Virus record (IMG/VR): IMGVR_UViG_3300036770_007539
Location: 186,001 to 250,000 of that record
Length of the DNA: 64,000 nucleotides
Direction: 5' to 3' (one strand)
Of the stretch, positions 37,673 through 47,598 are shown in pieces. The number at the start of each line of letters is the position of its first letter. Within the stretch, counting starts at the first letter, position 1. The translations under genes were made by a program, and so were the position numbers. Under the pieces are notes generated by a model. It ran no database searches, had not been told where the DNA came from, and was given only the letters and a program-made list of their open reading frames with translations.

Positions 37673-38872
37673 ATGATCTATGATTTGGCGATTATTGGTG
37701 CTGGCGTTGCTGGTTGCTTTGCCGCACAAAGACTTTCTGAAAATTATAATTTAAAAATATTATTATTAGATTTGGGGAGACCTTTTGCAAAAAGAAGGCG
37801 TCAAATTGAAGGGGCTATGGGATGTTTGCCATCAGGTGATGGTAAATGGTATTTATCTCATATAGACCAGTTCCAACATTTGGATGGTAGAAAATTGAAC
37901 GCCGCTCGGAAATGGCTTGATAAAAAATTTGAAGAATGTGGTAGTGGAAAGATTATAAAAGACAATTTGCCATCTTCGGGCGTAAGAAACAGAGCATCTA
38001 AATTAGGATACAGCCCTCAGTTAAATGATTTTATTCAATGGAAACCAGATAACATTCATAAATTAAGCAAGATTTTTAGTGATACATTTGAGCAAGATGA
38101 AAATATTAAAATGCAATTCGACACTGAGGTTTTCAAAGTTTTCAAAAAGAAAAATAATTTTATAATTCACACTGAAGGTCAAGATTTCTTTGCTAAGAAA
38201 ATACTATTTAATCCTGGAAGGTCGGGATGGCGTTGGGCTAACGACTTTTATAAAGAGCTTGGGCTACAAGTTCAGGATAACTATTCTCACTATGGCGTTA
38301 AATTTGAAATTGCCGGTCAATACGTGAAAGAACTTCAAAAGACCAATTGTTCTTTTATAAAAGACAATGTGGAAATAGGACCTTTTTTATGGAACGGCAC
38401 TGTAATCCCAGAAGACCATGCGGATATGGTTATCTCTTCATTTAGATCAAATGAGGAGCGGTGGAAGACTGAAAAGGTTACGTTCTCCTATATGAATAAA
38501 TTTAAATGTGAAAATGACGGCGTAAATCAAACTGAAAGAATTGCAAAATTAACTTATTTATTATTCAATGACCGAGTTAGTAGAGAAAAAAATAGAATTT
38601 ATTTAAAAGGAAACAGTCAATTAAATCTCTTGCCAGAATTTAATTGGTTATCTTCCGCTATTCAAGAAGTAGGTAATTTATTACCTGATTTTGTTAATAG
38701 AGGAGCCTATCATATTCCTGAAATTTTGCCACTTCCTGGAAAAATTAACTTAGACAGCAATCACATGTCAGAAATTACAGATTTATATATAGCAGGAGAG
38801 AGTGCGGGCTATCGTGGAATTATGGGCGCAGCTTTGTCGGGAATTTTAGCAGCAGAAGGAGTTGTAAAATGA
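37673..38872 (+). CDS. FAD-dependent oxidoreductase
   Basis: IIGAGVAG, GAMG..SGDGK, PGRSG, LYIAGE...GIMGAALSG. Confidence 0.85.
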   Translation: MIYDLAIIGAGVAGCFAAQRLSENYNLKILLLDLGRPFAKRRRQIEGAMGCLPSGDGKWYLSHIDQFQHLDGRKLNAARKWLDKKFEECGSGKIIKDNLPSSGVRNRASKLGYSPQLNDFIQWKPDNIHKLSKIFSDTFEQDENIKMQFDTEVFKVFKKKNNFIIHTEGQDFFAKKILFNPGRSGWRWANDFYKELGLQVQDNYSHYGVKFEIAGQYVKELQKTNCSFIKDNVEIGPFLWNGTVIPEDHADMVISSFRSNEERWKTEKVTFSYMNKFKCENDGVNQTERIAKLTYLLFNDRVSREKNRIYLKGNSQLNLLPEFNWLSSAIQEVGNLLPDFVNRGAYHIPEILPLPGKINLDSNHMSEITDLYIAGESAGYRGIMGAALSGILAAEGVVK

Positions 38873-39210
38873 GAGATGATGATTTTGGAGTTGGTAATTC
38901 AGAGGTTAGAAATTTTGCATATCATTTAACTAAAGCAGAGAATGAGTTCTTTAAAGAAGAACTTTACAAAGCAAATTCCGTTATAAGAATAAAAAGAAAG
39001 TATTCAAAAAAGAACGGTGAAGAGTGGCAAATTATGCAAGATGGTAAGATTGCTTTGACACTCAAGGAATCTAGATTTACTATCGCGGAAAGGTCTTTCC
39101 TCCACACCGTGGATGGGATGCAATTTTTAATCAATTCTTTTAAATCTGGTCTTTTTTCAGTTTCTAAAATTAAAGAAGCTATAAAAGAAATTTTAAATAG
39201 GAAAAAATGA
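38869..39210 (+). CDS. Hypothetical protein
   Basis: ORF with ATGA overlap and AGGAG RBS. Confidence 0.65.
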   Translation: MRDDDFGVGNSEVRNFAYHLTKAENEFFKEELYKANSVIRIKRKYSKKNGEEWQIMQDGKIALTLKESRFTIAERSFLHTVDGMQFLINSFKSGLFSVSKIKEAIKEILNRKK

Positions 39211-39410
39211 TTATTTATAATAAGTTATATAAAAAAGATCGTCAGGATTTTATATCATTTGTAAATGATAAGGGCTGGGAAGTTTCAATTCCTATTGATT
39301 TTTTTCACGCTAATAGAATTGCTTTATATTTGGAGCAAATTGGGGGAACATCAAACCCCGTTAATATTCAAGAGAATAATTTAAAAGAGGAGTCAGAAGA
39401 AGATATATGA
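39207..39410 (+). CDS. Hypothetical protein
   Basis: ORF with ATGA overlaps on both sides. Confidence 0.6.
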   Translation: MIIYNKLYKKDRQDFISFVNDKGWEVSIPIDFFHANRIALYLEQIGGTSNPVNIQENNLKEESEEDI

Positions 39411-40054
39411 GTGATTCTTATGTAATTTATGTAATTGATACTGAGACTACAGGTTTCGATCCAGTAAATAATGATATTATAGAATTGTCAGCATTGCGTT
39501 TGATAAAAGAAGGGCAAGAATTTAAAAGAGAGCAAAAAACTTGGTATATAAAACCTACCAACATTTATAGCATTTCAGACGAGGCATTAAAAGTTAACGG
39601 TCATAAAAAAGAAGACATCTTAGGAAATACCAAAGAGGGAAAGGATAAGTATCTTGATTTAAAAGATGTTGTTTCAGATTTTGAGCTTTGGGTCATGGAA
39701 GATTGCGCATCGGTAATGGACCGAATTTTTGCAGGTCACAATCCAGTGTTTGATGCTAACTTTATGAAGTCCGCTTGGTCAAAAGCAGGATCTGAATCTA
39801 CCTTTCCTTTTGACTTAACTGCAAATAATAGGATATTAGATACTAAACAGTTGGTAATTTTTATTGATATTTGTACTGGAAGGCGTCGCTCCAAATATAA
39901 CTTATCTGAAATTGTTAAGTGCTTTGATATTAAAAAGGGCAAAGCTCACAGGGCAGACGAAGACACTCGTATGACGGCTGATTTCTTAGAAAAGATAGTT
40001 AAATCTTCTGAGAATGTATTTAATGAATTATATAAAGATGCATATAGCGAGTGA
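39407..40054 (+). CDS. DEDDh 3'-5' exonuclease (DnaQ-like)
   Basis: DTETTG, HNPVFD, HRADED. Confidence 0.92.
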   Translation: MSDSYVIYVIDTETTGFDPVNNDIIELSALRLIKEGQEFKREQKTWYIKPTNIYSISDEALKVNGHKKEDILGNTKEGKDKYLDLKDVVSDFELWVMEDCASVMDRIFAGHNPVFDANFMKSAWSKAGSESTFPFDLTANNRILDTKQLVIFIDICTGRRRSKYNLSEIVKCFDIKKGKAHRADEDTRMTADFLEKIVKSSENVFNELYKDAYSE

Positions 40055-40079
40055 GTTATTAATAGTGACTTAAAAAATA

Positions 40080-41120
40080 ATGAAAATTTTATATGCCATT
40101 TCTGACAGACCCAGCGCTTGGTTGCAAGCCTCTATAGTGTTATCTGAGCTTAGAAGTCAGCATGAAGTCAAATTAGCAGGTTACAAAACTTTACATCCTT
40201 ATATTAAAAATATTGATTATAATCTTTCATCGCTATATACCGCAAGAGACTACGTTGGTAAAAAATACAACTTAACATTAAGTCCATGCAATGGTAAAGT
40301 TTTTTCTTCTTACATTAATCATATTAATGAATATTCTCCAGATTTAATAATTTCAGATCATGAGGAGTATACTTTGGCGGCTGGTCACATTTTAAAAATT
40401 AAAACATGGAATGTATCTCCATTAAATTTAATTTATCATTGGTTTCCAGTTGCCATGAGATATTATTATGATTTTATTTTATATTATTACAAAAGACAAA
40501 CATTAAGATACAATCGGGAATTTTTCTGGGGAAACATGAATATTACATATTCGCCCTTGTGTCATATGAAAATTCCAATGGATTGGAGAAATGATAAAAT
40601 AATATGGGTAAATCCATATACTCCAAAAGTTGAATTTATAGATTCCCCATGCAGTCAGTTACATACACATTTTAGACCTCAATTAGAATCTTACTTTGAT
40701 CAAGTACCTAGGATTGAAAATCAATTTAATCCAGATGTTACTTCTATAAAAGCAAGTAAGAATATTAATTTTTGCTCGGGAGAAAGTGGATATTTATATT
40801 CTTTGTTAAATAATCAATTTATTTTTGATAAAAATTCTTCTTACAGAGTTCATATTGTTCCTAACTTAAATGATATTGAAACAATAATGAATGCTGTTGT
40901 GATTAAAAATAATCAGGTAGGAATGGATCTTGGGCAAGTTGAAAATATGAAAGATTATTCAATTACTAGGATTGATTCAGTGTTAGATATGCCTGAAAGA
41001 ATGCCCTTAAATTTTAAATTATCTCACCTTCCCAAGTTTCGTAAATCAATAAAGTTTTCCTTATTAGAAAGGGTAAATTATCATGAAAGTCGTTTTGGAC
41101 ATAGGAAACGTCTTAGTTAA
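40080..41120 (+). CDS. Divergent GT-B-fold protein (MJ1255-like glycosyltransferase N-terminus)
   Basis: MKILYAI...HEV...SPDLIISDHE. Confidence 0.45.
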   Translation: MKILYAISDRPSAWLQASIVLSELRSQHEVKLAGYKTLHPYIKNIDYNLSSLYTARDYVGKKYNLTLSPCNGKVFSSYINHINEYSPDLIISDHEEYTLAAGHILKIKTWNVSPLNLIYHWFPVAMRYYYDFILYYYKRQTLRYNREFFWGNMNITYSPLCHMKIPMDWRNDKIIWVNPYTPKVEFIDSPCSQLHTHFRPQLESYFDQVPRIENQFNPDVTSIKASKNINFCSGESGYLYSLLNNQFIFDKNSSYRVHIVPNLNDIETIMNAVVIKNNQVGMDLGQVENMKDYSITRIDSVLDMPERMPLNFKLSHLPKFRKSIKFSLLERVNYHESRFGHRKRLS

Positions 41121-41721
41121 TGTTTCAATTGATGGTTTTGTTAAAAAAATATCTGAATTAATTCCAGAAGAAAATGACCCCCTATTGTTTTTAGAAACTA
41201 TTCAAGGGATGCATGACATTGGTTTGCTTACTATGAGACAGGCATTCCGAGACAGATATGAATTATCTCATTCTAGTAAAGTTTCATTAGAAGATCTTTT
41301 ATTGTTATGGAATCAAGTTGTTACTAGAAATGATTTTATGATTAATTTCATGAAAGATTTGCATTTTCAGGGAGTAAGATTTGGTCTAGTTTCTAATATG
41401 GGCTTTGAGCATCATCAGTATTTGCAAGAAATTTGTCCAGAAATCTTTGAACTTTCAGAAATTCATCATTTGTCTTATCAGGTAGGTGCTAGAAAACCTA
41501 GCAAACTATATTTTCAATCATTTCTTCAAGATCACCCTTCTTGGATTGGATGCGTCTATTTGGATGACAGAATGGATAATATTTTAGCAGGAAAGTCTTA
41601 TGGGTTTAGGACTGTTCCATTCAATTTAGAAGACTTCAGTTCAATAAAAGATTTAAAATCTTCAACGGATTCAATTAAAAAATTAATTCTAAAACATAGA
41701 GTCAACGAAGATTTGAAGTAA
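41083..41721 (+). CDS. HAD-superfamily phosphatase (YihX-like)
   Basis: LDIGNVL, VSN, RKP, YLDDR.DN. Confidence 0.88.
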   Translation: MKVVLDIGNVLVNVSIDGFVKKISELIPEENDPLLFLETIQGMHDIGLLTMRQAFRDRYELSHSSKVSLEDLLLLWNQVVTRNDFMINFMKDLHFQGVRFGLVSNMGFEHHQYLQEICPEIFELSEIHHLSYQVGARKPSKLYFQSFLQDHPSWIGCVYLDDRMDNILAGKSYGFRTVPFNLEDFSSIKDLKSSTDSIKKLILKHRVNEDLK

Positions 41722-42690
41722 TTAAATCTTAGACGTGTCATATTCTTTGTATCCTTGCCTGTCAGATACCAAAGAAAACATTTTGGGATTATTAATCATT
41801 GCTTTTAATGATATTGCTACTTTGGATCCATCAGGTTTTGTAATTACAGCCTGATCTTTTACTAGCTTATCAATGGTTATCTCGTACTCAGTATAATGAG
41901 TTTTAACAGCTCCAGCATGAGCCTTTGCTTCTGGTTGCCAGGCTCCTACGAAACTAATTTTATCATTTCCATCATCCAATGGTTGAATTATATGTTTTGA
42001 GTCATTGTAATACAATCCATCAGGATTTTTTTGCATCTCTTCCATTATCTTTTGAGTATAGGCAAGACCTGCCCTAGTATCAGAAATATGATATTTGGCA
42101 ACTTCCTCTGGGGTATAGCTTTTTCCAGTTGTAGGATCGATATATCCGGATGAGCTTAAAGGAGATACTTTAATTCTTTTTCCTTTTCCCTTTTGCTCTG
42201 CCTTGTCTACTTTTTTTTCTATAAATTTTAGCATCTTTCCTGTTGGAAGAATCATATCCCATTTTTTTGCCAAAGCTTGGAGTGTAGAGGGGGAGGGGTT
42301 GGGAATAACAGTGTCTGTACCTGTTCCGATTTTTTTAGGAGCTTTTAACACCTGCATGGTGAGCCTATAGCCATTACCAATATTTACTGTTACAGGATGT
42401 AAATCGTTTGGAGTTACATCGGGCGTATATTTTAATATTAATTTTTGTTTTGTCTCAGGGTCTGCCTCAGAATAAGCTTGTTTAAAGGATTTGGAAGATT
42501 TTTCAGTTTTGTCAGCTTTTTCTTCTGTCTGTAAGAAAATTTGCTCGCTTTTTTCTTCTGTTAACTTTTCTTTATTTTTATTTTTTAATTTTTCTTCTAC
42601 GAGCATTGATAAAGCTCCGCCCGCTATAGCGTATACTATTAATTTTTCAGTTCGAGTCATCATGTTGTTTATATTTCCCATGTTGGTCAT
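41722..42690 (-). CDS. Hypothetical protein with N-terminal signal anchor
   Basis: Long ORF against the local strand; hydrophobic LIVYAIAGGALSMLV; start uncertain. Confidence 0.65.
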   Translation of the reverse strand: MTNMGNINNMMTRTEKLIVYAIAGGALSMLVEEKLKNKNKEKLTEEKSEQIFLQTEEKADKTEKSSKSFKQAYSEADPETKQKLILKYTPDVTPNDLHPVTVNIGNGYRLTMQVLKAPKKIGTGTDTVIPNPSPSTLQALAKKWDMILPTGKMLKFIEKKVDKAEQKGKGKRIKVSPLSSSGYIDPTTGKSYTPEEVAKYHISDTRAGLAYTQKIMEEMQKNPDGLYYNDSKHIIQPLDDGNDKISFVGAWQPEAKAHAGAVKTHYTEYEITIDKLVKDQAVITKPDGSKVAISLKAMINNPKMFSLVSDRQGYKEYDTSKI

Positions 42691-42745
42691 TGAGCTATAA
42701 GTGCCTAATGAAATATATCTTGCCTATATGACAAATTATTATAAT

Positions 42746-42759
42746 ACTAATCAATTAGT
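42746..42759. promoter_or_regulatory. Palindromic candidate operator in divergent intergenic region
   Basis: ACTAAT-CA-ATTAGT, same core as upstream of nrdB. Confidence 0.45.
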
Positions 42760-42826
42760 GCTTTGTCGAGGAATCCCCGCTAGACATAACGTAATTATGT
42801 CTTATTCTTTATGAGAAAGGTTTGAA

Positions 42827-43909
42827 ATGAAAAATTCTTTATTACAATCTCTTATAGATCGCGGCATCTTATTTAAAAATATTCATACAGATGAATACGA
42901 TATCAATCCATTGTTAGATCTGTTTAATTCGGAAGTGTCCTATGGCTTTGAAGATATTGCCATTACCCAGCAGAAAAATATTTGCAAGTCAAGGTTGGAC
43001 GCTGATACCTCTTCTGAGATTATAAGAGGTGTAACGGTAAAGCTTCCTTTAATTGCTAGCAATATGTCTACTGTTATTAACAGTAGTTTTTATATTAAAC
43101 TTTATAACCTTGGTGCATTTGCTTTTATGCATCGAGCTGCCTCGGATGAAGTATTAGAACAAGAAGTTTCTGTAATTGCAAAAAATTGTCAGTGGGTAGC
43201 CGCTTCAATCGGAATTGATGATTGGCAGTTTAACTTAGCTAAAAAGCTAATTAATGCAGGGGCGAATATTTTGGTTATCGATATTGCTCATGGCTATACT
43301 GATTCTATTTTTGATTTGGCTAGAAGGATTAAATCCTATTCAAAGGATGTTAAAGTTGTGATTGGTAATGCTACCAATCCCGAGATCATGTATGAATGCA
43401 ATGATTTTGTAGATGCAGTTAAGGTTGGAATTGCTCAAGGATTTGCATGTGAAACCAAAAATACGGCAGGATGCACTGAAAAACAATTTTCTGCTGTTTT
43501 AAAATTTAAATCATTGTCTCGCAAATTTGGTATACCCATCATATCTGATGGGGGCACTAGAGAGCCAGCTGATTTGGTTAAGGCAATTGCAGCAGGCGCA
43601 AACTCTATTATTGCTGGTAAAATTTTTGCCGCCTGTCCCGAAAGTGCTGCTGAAACAGAGCTGGTTAATGGGGCTTTGAAAAAGGTTTATGCTGGGATGG
43701 CTTCTCGTTATGTTCAAGACCGATGGAAAGGCGGTCTTAAGCCCGGTACCTGCCCAGAAGGCGGGGTAAGATACCTTGATGTTGGTGAGTCTGCAGAGAA
43801 GCTCCTTGAAAGATATGGCGGTGCATTAAAATCTGGAATTACTTATGCAGGAGCAAATGATATTAAATCTTTCCAAGATAAAGTTAAATTTGTTAGATTT
43901 GCAAAATGA
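42827..43909 (+). CDS. IMP dehydrogenase / GMP reductase family protein (no CBS domains)
   Basis: ASNM, IDIAHG, GN, KVGI..G.AC.T (catalytic Cys loop), ISDGG, YAGMAS, EG. Confidence 0.9.
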   Translation: MKNSLLQSLIDRGILFKNIHTDEYDINPLLDLFNSEVSYGFEDIAITQQKNICKSRLDADTSSEIIRGVTVKLPLIASNMSTVINSSFYIKLYNLGAFAFMHRAASDEVLEQEVSVIAKNCQWVAASIGIDDWQFNLAKKLINAGANILVIDIAHGYTDSIFDLARRIKSYSKDVKVVIGNATNPEIMYECNDFVDAVKVGIAQGFACETKNTAGCTEKQFSAVLKFKSLSRKFGIPIISDGGTREPADLVKAIAAGANSIIAGKIFAACPESAAETELVNGALKKVYAGMASRYVQDRWKGGLKPGTCPEGGVRYLDVGESAEKLLERYGGALKSGITYAGANDIKSFQDKVKFVRFAK

Positions 43910-44268
43910 ATATTTTATCAATTCCTTATTATGCTCAAATCTTTTTTGAAAAGATAGTTGAGCCACATTTATCCGATAAAATAAAAAAAATAATAGTAAA
44001 TCTTAATAAAGAAGCTGTTGTATATTTGCAAGATCTATTTAGCCTAGAGTTATGCAAAGACGAACAAGTCATCAACGATATTATATATTCTTTTCAAGAA
44101 TTATTTGAAAATTCTGATAAAAGAAAAATATACTATGCACATCTATTTCATCACATAGATAATTATTTTAAAATTAATAAAATTGAATATTTTATAGATT
44201 CAACTGGTAAGAAAATAATTTTAAAATTAAATTATAATTTTTCTCCCGGAGCTTCATATGAATGTTAA
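43906..44268 (+). CDS. Hypothetical protein
   Basis: ORF with ATGA overlap. Confidence 0.55.
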   Translation: MNILSIPYYAQIFFEKIVEPHLSDKIKKIIVNLNKEAVVYLQDLFSLELCKDEQVINDIIYSFQELFENSDKRKIYYAHLFHHIDNYFKINKIEYFIDSTGKKIILKLNYNFSPGASYEC

Positions 44269-44788
44269 GGCTATTGCGGCTGTTGATTTGAATTATTTGA
44301 TGGGTTACAATAACTCTATTCCTTGGAACAAACCTGCAGACTTAAAAAGATTTAAGCAGAAGACTTTAAGTAGCATTGTTGTGATGGGAAGAAAAACTTA
44401 TGAATCAATTGGCAGACCTTTGCCAGATAGAATTAATTGTGTAATCTCTAGAGACCCAGGTAAAATAAAAAATTTAAATTCAAGTGTCTTGGTTAACAGC
44501 TCTTTGGATGAGTTTTTTAAAAACTTATCAAATACAGATAAAAATATTTGGATTATAGGAGGCTCTCAAATTTATTCCGAAGCATTTTTAATGGACGTAG
44601 TATCTGAAATAGATTTAACCATTCTAAATGGAAGGTGGATCCCTCCTCCAACTGATTCGGTTGATGATTTTAAAGAAAAAAGAGTATTATTTCCAAGAAT
44701 ACCTTTGGAGTTTACAATTGAATCAGAAGAAATAAACAAGGAAGATCCAACATTAATGCATAGAAAATACGTCAAAAGTTACTGGTGA
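44258..44788 (+). CDS. folA: Dihydrofolate reductase
   Basis: IPW..P.DLKRFK, MGRKTYESIGRPLPDR, IIGGSQIY. Confidence 0.95.
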   Translation: MNVKAIAAVDLNYLMGYNNSIPWNKPADLKRFKQKTLSSIVVMGRKTYESIGRPLPDRINCVISRDPGKIKNLNSSVLVNSSLDEFFKNLSNTDKNIWIIGGSQIYSEAFLMDVVSEIDLTILNGRWIPPPTDSVDDFKEKRVLFPRIPLEFTIESEEINKEDPTLMHRKYVKSYW

Positions 44789-44791
44789 GAA

Positions 44792-45502
44792 TTAACTATT
44801 TTTAATAATTAATTCTTCCATTAGACATGACATTTTATAAATATCTAACGCTGAGTTGGATGACGCTTTTGATTTTTTAAAAGAGCCAACTGGCTTACCT
44901 ATAACTTTAGACAAGGGGTCTACCGAAACATTATCTATCTTTGTCGATAAATGTACGTGTGGAGCTGTGCCCTTAGCAGATCCTGTATCGCCATTTTTTC
45001 CAATTACTGTGTTTTGAGTTACTTTGTCTCCAACAGCAACGTTGATTTGACTTAAATGTGCATAATATGAAATTAAGTTTTCGTCCGGAAAATGTTTAAT
45101 TTTACAATTAATTCCACCCTTGCCACTTTTAGGGTTATTTTCCACACTAATAACTGTTCCTGGACCTATGGGATACACAGGAACTCCCATTCCAATACTC
45201 CAATTGTTTTTTGATCCTGGTACGATTACGTCAATTGCAGGATGACCATCTGGGTGTCTGCTTAAAGATGCAACAGACCCTGGCTTATTAACAGCTTGTT
45301 CCTTTGAAACGAAACGACTTAAAATCTCTCCATTTTTCAATGGCAATTGATATTTTAAATTTAAATCTTCTTCAGGGCTCTCAGGCTCTTCAAGCTCTCC
45401 GGTCAATTTTTTTTGCAATTCTTCTAAATCAGCATCATCAAAATTATTCGAGTAGCCGGATTCATCCAATAAGCTTATTTGAGATTGTGGTTTTAAAGCC
45501 AT
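44792..45502 (-). CDS. M23 family peptidoglycan endopeptidase
   Basis: HPAID, YAHL, G.TG...APHVH; likely start MALKPQ at 45502 rather than 45571. Confidence 0.88.
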   Translation of the reverse strand: MALKPQSQISLLDESGYSNNFDDADLEELQKKLTGELEEPESPEEDLNLKYQLPLKNGEILSRFVSKEQAVNKPGSVASLSRHPDGHPAIDVIVPGSKNNWSIGMGVPVYPIGPGTVISVENNPKSGKGGINCKIKHFPDENLISYYAHLSQINVAVGDKVTQNTVIGKNGDTGSAKGTAPHVHLSTKIDNVSVDPLSKVIGKPVGSFKKSKASSNSALDIYKMSCLMEELIIKNS

Positions 45503-45563
45503 GATATTATAATATATCATTATTGCGTGAATTTTCATAGCATTTTTAAATACGAGGAATAAT

Positions 45564-45797
45564 GTGAACAATATAAATAAACCATCTTTAATTTATTATA
45601 CTGTTAAATTAGAAGCAGACGTGCCAACTCTTATAGAATATAAAATCCTCGCTTCCTCTCCTGAGGAAGCTTTGGAGAAAATTAAAACTTCTAACGCAAT
45701 CGAATCTGTTAAACCTATTCTTCCAAAAATGAAAAGGAAAAACGCTAAAGTGTATAAGCGTGGAACTATTGAAATTCAAGCCTCTAAGAGATATTAA
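45564..45797 (+). CDS. Hypothetical protein
   Basis: GAGGA RBS, GTG start. Confidence 0.6.
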   Translation: MNNINKPSLIYYTVKLEADVPTLIEYKILASSPEEALEKIKTSNAIESVKPILPKMKRKNAKVYKRGTIEIQASKRY

Positions 45798-45798
45798 A

Positions 45799-46413
45799 AT
45801 GTCAGGATTAAAATATTATATCATAGATACTGAAACAACGGGGCTAAGCGCAAATTACCATGAGATAATTGAAATTTCAATTATCAGAGCCGATGATAAA
45901 CATCAACTAACTAAATTTATCAAAGCAGAATACCCTCAAAGAGCCTCCCCAGAAGCTTTAAAAGTTACAAATAAAACTCCCAAGGATTTATTAAGAGGAG
46001 AATCTAAAAATTCGGCAGTTGAAGCTATTGATTTATTTTTATCTCAAGATCAAAGCACTCCAGAGCATAGAGTTTTCGTAGCCCATAACGCTCCATTCGA
46101 TAGAAGATTTTGCCATGCTTTATGGTCAAGTGTAAATAAAATTTTTCCAGCTAATTGTTGGCTAGATACTAAGACCCTAGTAAAAGAAACTTTGGTTAAA
46201 AATGGAATCTCAAAACCTAAAGATTTAACTTTAAAGGGCGCCATGTCTCAAATTGGAGCAAAAGCATATGAGGGAGCCCACAACGCTCTTGTAGATTCTA
46301 GAAATTGTTATCTTTTGTGGAAGAAAGCAATGGATAATAATGTTAATTACTTGCCGCATATTAAACGATCCCCTCACGTTTTAAATGGAGACATGCCAGA
46401 TGAAGATGATTGA
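45799..46413 (+). CDS. DEDDh 3'-5' exonuclease (second DnaQ-like paralogue)
   Basis: DTETTG, AHNAPFD, HNALVD. Confidence 0.92.
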   Translation: MSGLKYYIIDTETTGLSANYHEIIEISIIRADDKHQLTKFIKAEYPQRASPEALKVTNKTPKDLLRGESKNSAVEAIDLFLSQDQSTPEHRVFVAHNAPFDRRFCHALWSSVNKIFPANCWLDTKTLVKETLVKNGISKPKDLTLKGAMSQIGAKAYEGAHNALVDSRNCYLLWKKAMDNNVNYLPHIKRSPHVLNGDMPDEDD

Positions 46414-46909
46414 GGCTAAAATTTATAACTTAATTATAAATGGAGTTATTGATTTTAAAGATGAAAATGAAGAAGATGTTGCAATTGATTTTTTAATAAC
46501 TTCAGCTCAAAAGCATCCAGAAATTTTACTATCTGTTATTGCAAAGGCTTTTACCTATGATTATATAGGTATGTCAATTCCGGCATTAGCAGCTTACTTA
46601 TGCAACTCTGACGGCAATCATTTTAATGATAAGATAAGATTTCATATTATAAATCTAATTGAATCTCTAGACCCTGCCGCCCTTCTGGAATTGGTAGAGT
46701 ATATAAAAAGTAAAGTTTTTAAAGGGGGACTGGGCTCTAAAAATCAAAAATTAATCAGAGAGGTGATGGAGAGATGGAGCTTAGATATATTAAAAAAATA
46801 TGCTACATCTTATCCCTCTGAATTGAAAACTTTATTAGAATTAATACATCCAAGATTTCAAGGTGAAAAAAGCTTTATTATTAAAACTGTAACTAATAAA
46901 AAGGTATAG
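46385..46909 (+). CDS. Hypothetical helical protein, possible partial TROVE (Ro60/Rsr-like) domain
   Basis: GGLGS...K.I....W.....KY.......LL.L.HP resembles the TROVE core. Confidence 0.35.
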   Translation: METCQMKMIEAKIYNLIINGVIDFKDENEEDVAIDFLITSAQKHPEILLSVIAKAFTYDYIGMSIPALAAYLCNSDGNHFNDKIRFHIINLIESLDPAALLELVEYIKSKVFKGGLGSKNQKLIREVMERWSLDILKKYATSYPSELKTLLELIHPRFQGEKSFIIKTVTNKKV

Positions 46910-46945
46910 TTTTGTCGGGAAGCAATGAGACATTGATTTAAATTT

Positions 46946-47164
46946 ATGGGAACAGATATGAGCGCATATATTTTATCTGAATCGAGTGCTTCTGTAGAAG
47001 AATCCGTAGATAATAAAGAAGAGCTAGAGGCATTTAATAAGCTTTTGGTTTTAGAAAAAGACTTAACAAAACTTAAAAGCATTGTAGATGAAGTAAAAAA
47101 ATTAAAAAAGTGCTGTTCTGTTTCATCGGAATTAGAGGAAATCAATGCCTCCCGTAAAAAATGA
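46946..47164 (+). CDS. Hypothetical coiled-coil protein
   Basis: Short ORF upstream of, and overlapping, the next gene. Confidence 0.5.
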   Translation: MGTDMSAYILSESSASVEESVDNKEELEAFNKLLVLEKDLTKLKSIVDEVKKLKKCCSVSSELEEINASRKK

Positions 47165-47558
47165 CTTACTAACTCAGGAGTTAGTGAAGAATTTAGATCT
47201 TACTAATGAATTAGTGAGAGAGTTGGTATCTAGTTTACACGCCGGAGAAGTTGACTTTGCTAAATTAAGCACCGAGTTAAGTCATCTTGTTGCTCAATTT
47301 AAAGAATTGTCTACCTCTTTAGACCAAACTGACGAATTAATTCTTAATATTAATTTAAAAATAGCTTTGTTAGAAAAGACAGTAAACGATCTTGAAGCTT
47401 CAATTAAGGAGCAAAGAAAGAGAGAGCAAGATCGTTCATTGCAAAATGAAATCGCCGATAAAGCTGGTAAGTGGAGAATTTTAACTTCTCTTATTGCTGG
47501 TGTGCTTGGCATATTAGGTTCTTTAATTGCAATAATACTAAATTATATAAACAAGTAA
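47145..47558 (+). CDS. Coiled-coil protein with C-terminal transmembrane helix (holin/XhlA-like architecture)
   Basis: Heptad pattern followed by ILTSLIAGVLGILGSLIAIIL; GAGGA RBS. Confidence 0.55.
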   Translation: MPPVKNDLLTQELVKNLDLTNELVRELVSSLHAGEVDFAKLSTELSHLVAQFKELSTSLDQTDELILNINLKIALLEKTVNDLEASIKEQRKREQDRSLQNEIADKAGKWRILTSLIAGVLGILGSLIAIILNYINK

Positions 47559-47598
47559 AGAAACGCAGGGTTTTCGTTTCAAAATAAAAATAATAGCT

